NCBI GenBank assembly: GCA_965223265.1
Contig: OZ244999.1
Location: 1,152,001-1,216,000 of the forward strand
Length of the DNA: 64,000 nucleotides
Origin: Planctomycetota bacterium
GTDB lineage: Bacteria > Planctomycetota > UBA8108 > SXIK01
Direction of reading: 5' to 3'
Shown: positions 10,215-18,600 of the stretch, piece by piece
Position numbering within the stretch: the first letter of the stretch is position 1
How the letters are laid out: the number at the start of each line of letters is the position of its first letter
Notes under the pieces: model-generated
Told to the model about the DNA's origin: nothing
Seen by the model: the letters and a program-made list of their open reading frames with translations, nothing else
The model's database searches: none
Position numbers and translations under genes: made by a program

Positions 10215-11996
10215 ATGGAAGTCCGTAACAAGGCAACGAGTATTGATCTGTTCACGTTGAGGACGCCCCAAATGCGGGCGTTCCATATGAGTTGGTTCGC
10301 CTTCTTCCTTTGCTTCTTCGCGTGGTTTGGCATCGCGCCCTTGATGGCGGTCGTGAGGGAAGAGCTGGCTCTCACGAAGCAGCAGATCGGCAATACGATC
10401 ATCGCGTCCGTGGCGATCACGATTTTGGCGCGTCTGCTCATCGGCTGGCTTTGTGACCGCGTTGGTCCGCGGCTCAGCTACACTCTTCTGCTCGTCTTCG
10501 GGTCGCTGCCCGTCATGGGCATCGGCCTGTCACAAGACTACACGACATTCCTGCTGTTTCGGCTCGGCATCGGCACCATCGGCGCGTCTTTCGTCATCAC
10601 GCAGTATCACACGTCGGTGATGTTCGCCCCGAACGTCGTTGGAACGGCCAATGCGACGTCCGCCGGCTGGGGCAACCTGGGAGGTGGCGTCACGCAGATG
10701 GTGATGCCACTCGTCATGGCAGCGTTCCTCGCGATGGGGCTGAGTGACGCCGCGAGCTGGCGTGCGGCGATGGTTGTCGCGGGAGCGGTCTGCCTCGTGA
10801 CTGGCGTTGGGTACTGGTTCTTTACTACCGACCTGCCAGACGGGAACTTCAAGGAGCTGCGGGCCAAAGGCGAGTTAGCGACCGTCGCGAAGACGAAAGG
10901 CACCTTCTGGTCGGCGGTCAAGGACTACCGAGTCTGGGCCCTCTTCGTCATCTATGCTGCTTGTTTTGGCATCGAGCTCACGATTAACAACATCGCCGCG
11001 ATCTACTACAAGGACTACTTCGGCCTTGGTCTCAAGACTGCTGGGCTCGTCGCCGGACTCTTCGGCCTGATGAACATTTTCGCGCGGACACTCGGTGGGT
11101 ACATCAGCGATCGTTTTGTGCGCAACGGTGGTCTTCGGGGTCGTGTCCGCTGGCTCTTTATTGCCCTTCTCGTTGAGGGGGTTGCGCTCGTGATCTTCTC
11201 GCGGATGACGGTGATTGCCCTAGCCGTTCCGTCCATGATTCTCTTCAGCCTCTTCGTTCAGATGTCGGAGGGCGCCACGTATTCGGTCGTCCCCTTCATC
11301 AACAAGAAAGCCCTTGGTGCGGTGGCCGGCATCGTCGGCGCCGGTGGCAACATGGGTGCCGTCTGCGCCGGGTTCCTCTTTCGGGCGGAGAACATCTCTT
11401 ATCCCCAGGCTCTACTGATCTTGGGGTGCTGCGTCACCGTCTGCGCCTTCTGCACGTTTCTCGTGCGCTTCAGTCCCGCTCAAGAGGAAGTCGCCGCCAA
11501 AGAGTTCGCTCATGCCATGGCGAGGCGCCGAGTCGAACGGAGGGAGCGTGTGCCCCTGGGTGAACTCATACCGGGTATCCGACACATCCGACCGATGGAC
11601 GCTCTGCGGATCTATCTCGGCATCGCTTTGATGATCAAAGGGATCTACTACATCATGAACATGTCGGAGCTCGAGGCTTCGCTGAGTGAAGGACTGGGTC
11701 TCGGGCAGCAGATGATTGCCTGGTCGGTCGTGTTTGCGCACGTCATCGCCGGTGCAAGTCTCGCGCTGGGGTTCGTGACTCGAATGGCTGCCGGGGCGAA
11801 CGCCATCGTCATGGCGGGCGCTGTCGTGGTCAGCCTGACTGGCGCCGAAGGAAGCCTGTGGGGATCGAACCTGAGCTTTCAATTCACGCTGCTCATCCTG
11901 TTCTCGCTGGTGCTGCTGGTCTGGCGAGGGTCCGGACCCTTCTCACTCGATCACCTGCTGCGCATCGACGAGGAGAAGGAGCCGGAAGTCTTCTGA
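10215..11996 (+). CDS. NRT2/NasA/NarK1-like nitrate MFS transporter with a C-terminal DoxX-family domain
   Basis: MRAFHMSWFAFF, AGWGNLGGG, FARTLGGYISD, EGATYSVVPF and GAGGN. From about 11595 a DoxX-like part follows: LRIYLG...KG...AG..LALGFVTR.AA...GSGPFSLD. RBS GGAGG. Confidence 0.88.
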   Translation: MEVRNKATSIDLFTLRTPQMRAFHMSWFAFFLCFFAWFGIAPLMAVVREELALTKQQIGNTIIASVAITILARLLIGWLCDRVGPRLSYTLLLVFGSLPVMGIGLSQDYTTFLLFRLGIGTIGASFVITQYHTSVMFAPNVVGTANATSAGWGNLGGGVTQMVMPLVMAAFLAMGLSDAASWRAAMVVAGAVCLVTGVGYWFFTTDLPDGNFKELRAKGELATVAKTKGTFWSAVKDYRVWALFVIYAACFGIELTINNIAAIYYKDYFGLGLKTAGLVAGLFGLMNIFARTLGGYISDRFVRNGGLRGRVRWLFIALLVEGVALVIFSRMTVIALAVPSMILFSLFVQMSEGATYSVVPFINKKALGAVAGIVGAGGNMGAVCAGFLFRAENISYPQALLILGCCVTVCAFCTFLVRFSPAQEEVAAKEFAHAMARRRVERRERVPLGELIPGIRHIRPMDALRIYLGIALMIKGIYYIMNMSELEASLSEGLGLGQQMIAWSVVFAHVIAGASLALGFVTRMAAGANAIVMAGAVVVSLTGAEGSLWGSNLSFQFTLLILFSLVLLVWRGSGPFSLDHLLRIDEEKEPEVF

Positions 11997-12407
11997 GCAG
12001 TGCGGGACGAGGCGTGGCAGTGGGTACGAAGACCACGTGGAGTACGTCAAGACCGCGTGCCTAATGTCGGACCAGGAGGCCGAGATGAAGAAGGACTTCG
12101 TGGACGACGTCGTGAAGGCATGCCAGTGGTGTTGGGAACCATATCTCTTACGACGGTCGTTTGATTGTATCCGTACGACTCTCACGACGGTCGGCTCTTC
12201 CCGTGCACGTCGTTGACCGCCAGGATCTCGGTAGGAGGTCACCACCAATCCGAAAAGAACCTGAGGACGCAACCCGTGCACGGCCGTCGTTCTGGGGCTT
12301 GCCGTCCGGACGTTCGCGTACCAGACGCCCGGTGCCAGAGTTGACGTCCTTGCGTCCAATCATTAAAGACCGTGCCCGAATCGACTGTGCCGCCAAACCG
12401 CCCTGTC

Positions 12408-14831
12408 CTACCGACAACTGTCCTGCGGCGTCTCGCACCCAAGACTTTCGTCGGAGTCGAGCGCGCTCTGGCCACACAGCGGAAACGGCGCGACGGGCGG
12501 TGGCCCAGCCGCGAAATTGTGCATGAGCATGTACACCGCGTCGTGCGTCTGCCCTTCGACTCGTCCGTCGCCGTTGGCGTCACAGGCCGCGAGGCACGGG
12601 GGGCTTTGGCCGCCGGAAAAGTTGTAGCGCAGCAGAAAGATAGCGTCGGTCACGGCGCCTGTAGCCACGCCGTCGCCGTTGCAATCGCCACGCAGCAAGA
12701 GGGGAACACGACGCAGCCGAAAGATCACACCTCCATCGCGGGGGCCCGAGGACACCGTCGTGCCATAGAAGCTTCCGTCGGAAGCTTCCATGAGCGCGGC
12801 AGCGGGATTGCTCCCGTCCGGTCCGCTGAAGGAGTGGAGAGTCGTCAGCTCGCCTGCTGCTGTCAGCTGAAAGGCGGTGCCGCGGGAGCTGGCGCCGCCC
12901 TCCATGGTGGTGCCGTAGAGGTTTCCGTCGGAGGCTTCGACGAGCGCGGCAGCGGGATTGCTCCCGTCCGGTCCGCTGAAGGAGTGGAGAGTCGTCAGCT
13001 CGCCCGACGGCGTCAACCTGAACACGGTGCCCGGACCGTTTGCACCGCCGAAGCGAGTCGTGCCGTAGAAGTTCCCGTCGGAAGCCTCGATGAGCGCGGC
13101 CTCAGGCCTTCTTCCGTCAGGCCCCTGGAAGGAGTGGAGAGTCGTCAGCTCGCCCGACGGCGTCAACCTGAAGACGGTTCCCGGGCCGTTTGCGCCGCCG
13201 TGCGTGGTCGTGCCGTAGAAGTTCCCGTCTGAAGCCTCAACCAAGCCCTCGGGAAACATCCCGTTCGGTCCGCTGAAGGAGTGGAGAGTCGTCAGCTCGC
13301 CTGCCGGTGTGAGCTTAAAGACCGTGCCCCGGCCGGCTTCGCCGCCGTGCGTGGTCGTGCCGTAGAAGTTTCCGTCTGAAGCCTCAACCAAGCCCCCGGG
13401 AAACATCCCGTCCGGTCCGCTGAAGGAGTGGAGAGTCGCGAGCTCGCCCGACGGCGTCAACCTGAAGACGGTGCCCGGGCCGCTTGCGCCGCCGAAGCGA
13501 GTCGTGCCGTAGAAGTTCCCGTCGGAAGCCTCGATGAGCGCGGTCTCGGGCCTTCTTCCGTCAGGCCCCTGGAAGGAGTGGAGAGTCGTCAGCTCGCCCG
13601 ACGGCGTCAACCTGAAGACGGTTCCCGGGCCGTTTGCGCCGCCGAAGCGAGTCGTGCCGTAGAAGTTCCCGTCGGAAGCTTCGACGAGCGCCGCTCTGGG
13701 CTCGCTTCCTTTAGGTCCGTCGAAAAAGTGGAGCGTCGTTAGCTCGCCCGCTGGCGTCAGCTTGAAAACGGTCCCTGGGCGGTCTGCAAGGAGTCCCGAA
13801 GTCGTGCCGTAGAAATTTCCGTCGGAAGCCTCGATGAGCGTGGCCTCGGGCCCGCTTCCGTCAGGTCCCCCGAAGGAGTGGAGGGTCGTCACCTTTCCTG
13901 ACGGTGTCAGTTTGAAGGCGGTTCCCAGGTTGGCTGTACCGCCTCTCCAGTTCGTGCCGTAGAAGTTCCCGTCGGAGGCTTCGATGAGGGCGGCCCGAGG
14001 AGAACTCCCTCCAGGTCCCCGGAAATCGTGAAACGTTGTGAGCCTTCCCGCCGGCGTGAGCTTGAAAACGATGCCGCAGCAGTCCTCTTCGTCGGCTGTG
14101 CCGTAGAGGTTTCCATCCGAGGCTTCGATGAGTGCGGCTCGGGGGGCCATCCCCCTGAAGGAGTGGAGAGTCGTGAGCTCGCCCGCCGGTGTGAGCTTGA
14201 AGACGGTTCCCCGGCTGATTTCTCCCTCGCTGTCACTGGTTGTGCCGTAGAAGTTTCCGTCCGAAGCTTCAATGAGCGCGGCTTCAGGAAACTCTCCGTC
14301 AGGTCCGCTGAAGGAGTGGAGGGTGGTGAGGTCTCCCGCTGGAGTGAGTTTGTACACAGTTCCCAGCTCGAATGCTCCGCCTCTCGCGGTTGTGCCGTAG
14401 AAGTTTCCGTCTGAAGCTTCGATGAGCGCGGCGCGCGGTATGGCGCCGTCGAGTCCTTCGAAGGCGTGGAGAGTCGTCAACTCCCCCGCCCGCGTCAGTT
14501 TGAAGACAGTGCCCGAGGTCGTGCCGTAGAAATTTCCGTCGGAAGCTTCTACGAGAGCGGCCAGGGCGCCCCCTCCATCAGCCGAGCTGAAGGAGTGGAG
14601 CGTTGTCAGTTCGCCCGCTGGCGTGAGTTTGAACACGGTGCTAGGGGCGCCACCTGTTCGTCGCGAGGTCGTGCCGTAGAAGTTTCCATCGGAAGCCTCG
14701 ATGAGTGAGCTCGGCTGACCCGGGAGCGGTTCAAAACCGTGCAGGACTTCGGAGGCCAGTTCTCCGCGGGCGCTGCGGATGAACGCCACGACCACGAAAG
14801 TTAGCACGACCGTTTGTTTCAGATTGTTCAT
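12408..14831 (-). CDS. Secreted GloVer-type (Gloeo/Verruco) tandem-repeat beta-propeller protein with a C-terminal dockerin-like domain
   Basis: Signal peptide and 14 repeats of L[IV]EASDGNFYGTT...GTVF[KR]LTP.GELTTLHSF. The tail reads RGDCNGDG...DAIFLL...CDANGDG...PFPLCG. Confidence 0.85.
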   Translation of the reverse strand: MNNLKQTVVLTFVVVAFIRSARGELASEVLHGFEPLPGQPSSLIEASDGNFYGTTSRRTGGAPSTVFKLTPAGELTTLHSFSSADGGGALAALVEASDGNFYGTTSGTVFKLTRAGELTTLHAFEGLDGAIPRAALIEASDGNFYGTTARGGAFELGTVYKLTPAGDLTTLHSFSGPDGEFPEAALIEASDGNFYGTTSDSEGEISRGTVFKLTPAGELTTLHSFRGMAPRAALIEASDGNLYGTADEEDCCGIVFKLTPAGRLTTFHDFRGPGGSSPRAALIEASDGNFYGTNWRGGTANLGTAFKLTPSGKVTTLHSFGGPDGSGPEATLIEASDGNFYGTTSGLLADRPGTVFKLTPAGELTTLHFFDGPKGSEPRAALVEASDGNFYGTTRFGGANGPGTVFRLTPSGELTTLHSFQGPDGRRPETALIEASDGNFYGTTRFGGASGPGTVFRLTPSGELATLHSFSGPDGMFPGGLVEASDGNFYGTTTHGGEAGRGTVFKLTPAGELTTLHSFSGPNGMFPEGLVEASDGNFYGTTTHGGANGPGTVFRLTPSGELTTLHSFQGPDGRRPEAALIEASDGNFYGTTRFGGANGPGTVFRLTPSGELTTLHSFSGPDGSNPAAALVEASDGNLYGTTMEGGASSRGTAFQLTAAGELTTLHSFSGPDGSNPAAALMEASDGSFYGTTVSSGPRDGGVIFRLRRVPLLLRGDCNGDGVATGAVTDAIFLLRYNFSGGQSPPCLAACDANGDGRVEGQTHDAVYMLMHNFAAGPPPVAPFPLCGQSALDSDESLGCETPQDSCR
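12740..14710 (-). repeat. Intragenic tandem repeats of about 150 bp, several nearly identical at nucleotide level
   Basis: For example, about 13080-13200 and about 13524-13644 differ at only a couple of positions. Confidence 0.85.
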
Positions 14832-15005
14832 GCCGCCATCATCCCTTTGTCAAAACCATTTGCTGGAAGCACGCGAAGGTGACGTCCCGCCTCTCATCAT
14901 GCATCCCGTACGTACAGACTCTCTGTCCGTGAAGAAAAGACCAGAATCTCGTGGAACGTTCGGCCGTTCTCTACGGATGATGGATGGGAGGCACGCCTCG
15001 GACCT

Positions 15006-15659
15006 ATGGCTGCGGATTCCGCCAACATGGACGACAGCGAAACGAAAGAGATGGTTAGGCTCGGAGCCCAAGGGGACGAGCGTGCCTTGGACGACCTCTT
15101 CTCGCGTCATCGCGACAGGCTCCGCCGTATGTTGCGCGTGCGTCTTGACCCCCGGGTGCGCGTTCGCATCGACGTCTCCGACGTCATCCAGGAGGTCTAC
15201 CTGGAGGCGTCACGACGTCTCCCTAAGTACAACGACAGTCCCACGGTGCCGTTTTTCGTGTGGCTGCGCTCCATCGTCGGACAGAAGTTGGTCGACCTAC
15301 ACCGCTTCCACTTAGGTGCGAAAGCGAGGGATGCGCGCCGTGAAGTGAGGTTCCGCCGGTGGCCCATGCCGGCGGCGACTTCTGCCGTTCTTGCTGCCGA
15401 GCTACTCGGCGTTCTTTCGACCCCGAGCGAGAAGGCGATGCAGGGCGAGCTGGAGAATCGCTTGCGTGAGGCGTTGGAGAGCATGGACGCGAAGTTGCGC
15501 GAGGTACTCGTTCTGCGCCACTTCGAAGGTTTGAGTAACGGCGAGGTTGCCCATGAGCTGGAGGTCCCGGTTTCGACTGCTAGCCAGCGTTACATCCAGG
15601 CGCTGAAGAAGCTGCGTAGTGTGCTGGCCGATATGCCCGGGGGGTTGGAAGCGTTGTGA
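15006..15659 (+). CDS. ECF RNA polymerase sigma-70 factor (planctomycete, kinase-associated type)
   Basis: GDERALDDLFSRHRDRLRRM, DVSDVIQE, STPS and VLVLRHFEGLSNGEVA. GTGA overlap with the kinase gene. Confidence 0.9.
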   Translation: MAADSANMDDSETKEMVRLGAQGDERALDDLFSRHRDRLRRMLRVRLDPRVRVRIDVSDVIQEVYLEASRRLPKYNDSPTVPFFVWLRSIVGQKLVDLHRFHLGAKARDARREVRFRRWPMPAATSAVLAAELLGVLSTPSEKAMQGELENRLREALESMDAKLREVLVLRHFEGLSNGEVAHELEVPVSTASQRYIQALKKLRSVLADMPGGLEAL

Positions 15660-18600
15660 AGAATACGGAGTGGGTGGATCACAGCGAAAGGAATCCCGTC
15701 GAGGAGTTCGCGGAGTCCTTCGTCGCTCGCTATCGCCGTGGCGAGGAGCCGCGCATCTCTGAATACACCGAAAAGTACCCTGAGCACGCGGCGGAGATCC
15801 GTGAGCTCTTTCCCGCGTTGCCTCTCGTCGAGAGACTCGGCGCGCAGGACAACGAGTCGTCTGCGAACGTCTGCGAAGAGGTCGCCACCGCATCGGCGAG
15901 TGCGCAAAAGGCACTGCCGCGCCAACTTGGCGAGTACGTGATCCTTCGCGAGGTGGGCCGCGGCGGGATGGGTGTCGTCTACGAAGCCGAACAAAAATCG
16001 CTCGGGCGGCGTGTGGCACTGAAAGTGCTGCCGTTTCACCGTCTCATGGATGATCGACGCTTGGAACGCTTTCAGCGCGAGGCGCGCGCTGCGGCAGCGC
16101 TGCAGCATCCGAACATCGTCCCGGTCTTCGGTGTCGGCGAAGAGGAAGGCGTCCACTACTACACGATGCAGTTCATCCCGGGGCAGAGCCTCGACGAGGT
16201 GCTGAATGAGCTGAGAGTCCTCCGCAACTCCGACGGTTTTCCAAGTGGGGCGACGGATCAGAGGCGAGGCAACCAAGGGCCGGGACCCAGCACCATTAGC
16301 CTCTTGCACGAATTGTTGATGCCAAGCGAAGAAGGCAGCGACGGAGCCGTCCCGGCCCCGAGCCCTGGCGGCAAGTCGAGATCTTTGTCTTCCAACACTC
16401 TTCTGGAGAGCACCTCGGACGGTAGCGATCTGAAGTACTTTCGCAACGTTGCGACCTTGGGAGTGCACATCGCCGAGGCGCTCGACTACGCCCATGGCGA
16501 GGGAGTGATTCACCGCGACATTAAGCCGTCGAACTTGCTCCTGGAGCCGGCCGGTCAGGTGTGGGTGACTGACTTTGGGCTCGCCAAGTCGGCCGAGAGC
16601 GACGCAGTGACACTCAGCGGCGAGGTCGTCGGCACGCTCGCTTACATGGCGCCGGAGCGCCTCGAAGGTTGGTCGGACCCGCGCAGCGATCTCTACAGCC
16701 TCGGCGTCACGCTCTACGAGCTGCTTACTCTGCGAGCGGCATTTGAGGACAGCGACCGTGGCCGGTTGATGAAGCGAATTAGCGAAGAGGAACCGAAGGC
16801 GCCGCGCCTTCTGGAGCCACGCCTGCCGCGCGACCTGGAGACGGTGGTCCTCAAGGCGATGGAGAAGGAGCCCGCGCGGCGCTACCGCAATATGGAGGAG
16901 CTTGCGGGCGATCTCAATCGCTACTTACGGAGCGAACCGCTGCGGGCGCGGCGTCCGAGCGTCGTCGATCGTCTCACCAAGTGGTCGCGGCGACACCAAC
17001 GAGCGGTGTTGGCGGCCCTCCTCATTTTGGTCCTCGCGTTTGTCGGACTGATCTTCTCGAGCTACCGAATCACGCAGGAACAAACGCTTACGGAGAAGGC
17101 GCTCACGGAGCGCAGCACGGCGCTGACGGAATCGCAGAGACAAGCCTATGTCGCCAACGTTTCGCGGGCGGGAATGCACTTCCACCTCGCCGACCCCTCG
17201 TCAGCGCGTGAAAGTCTCGACAGGTGTCCACCAGAGCTCCGCGGCTGGGAGTGGCGCCACCTCGACGCACGGACAAAGGCCAACTTCAACCTCTTGCACA
17301 CGATCAACATTGGTCACCGTCGCATCCGCGAGCCAAACTTCTCCGCGAGGGGAAATCGCCTCGTGGCGTTGATCGACGACGTGGTGAAGGTTTGGGACGT
17401 CCAGAGCGGCGAGCTTCTCTTATCGCTCGACGACCACAAGCAGAGGGCGACGCAGCTCGCGTTCAGTCCCGAAGGCTCACGGTTTGTTAGCTGGACGCGA
17501 GAAAAACTACGGCTCTGGCGCATTGAGGACGGCGATCTGCTCGCGAACGCAACCAGTCGACTCCATTCCTGGAACAACTTGCCACTCCGTTACAGTCCGA
17601 ACGGCGAACTCGTCGCGATGGGCGGCCCGGGAGGTGAGATTCAGCTCTGGCGCCCGGAGAGCGGACAGGACGTTACGACCTTCATCGAGCGTCGCCCGAC
17701 TCAGGGCGAGTTGCATTGGAGTTTTACCTTCACTCCTGACAGCCGGCGCCTGGTGATCGCGTTCGGCTGGGATGATGGGAAGTCGCTCAACGAGCTAACC
17801 ATAACCGGACTCACTGTGGAGGTCTGGGAGGTCGAAACGAGGAAGCGTCTCTCGACCCTCACTATCCCACGTGGATTTATCAAGAAGATCGCGTTCGACA
17901 GCGACGCACGCCGCGTTGCCGTTGTCGGAGACCAGAGCATCCAGGTGTGGGCTGCAAGGACGGGGACACTCCTTGCGCAGTGGCGTTACGCGCACCGGGT
18001 GACGTCCCTCGCGTTCAGTCCAGACGGTCGACTGCTCTCGGGGGCTTGCGTCGATCGGAAGGTGCCGCTCTGGAACTCGCGATCGGGCGAACTTCTGGCG
18101 ACTCTCAGCGGGCACGTGAGACTGTCTCGGACTGTGGCGTTTCATCCCAATGAACCGCTACTGGTCAGTGGCTCCGACGATGGTGCCCTGAAGCTGTGGG
18201 ACATCGAGTACGCCGACGTCGTGCCGGCGCTGCGCGGCCACCAAGGGAGGGTGGACTCGGTCACGTTCAGCCCGGACGGACTTCTCCTGGCGAGCTGTGA
18301 CCACAGTGGCGTCGTCAGAATCTGGGATGCGCAGACGGGCGATCCAGTGCAGTCCTGTCGCGGCCACGTAGGTGTTGTCCGGTCGGTCGCGTTCAGTCCC
18401 GACGGCACCATCCTGGCCAGCGGCGGTGGCGACACAACAGTGAGGCTCTGGCAGCCTCAGACTGGGGAGCTACTCGCGACGCTTCGGGGGCATGACGAAA
18501 CCGTGTGGTCCGTCGTTTTCGATCCGCTTGGTCGCCGCCTGCTCACCTCTTCCGGCGACGAATCGATCCGTCTCTGGGAGGTACCCAGCGGCCAGCCGTT

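Noticed and set aside
10242-10255. FNR-like TTGAT half-site
   Set aside because: It lies inside the coding region, and the second half does not match ATCAA.
11997-12240. Protein-like frame GYEDHVEYVKTACLMSDQEAEMKKDFVDDVVKAC
   Set aside because: It may be a remnant, but it is too short to assign and has no clear start.
12740-14710. CRISPR-like periodic repeats
   Set aside because: The repeats are in-frame protein units of about 150 bp, with no unique spacers and no cas genes.
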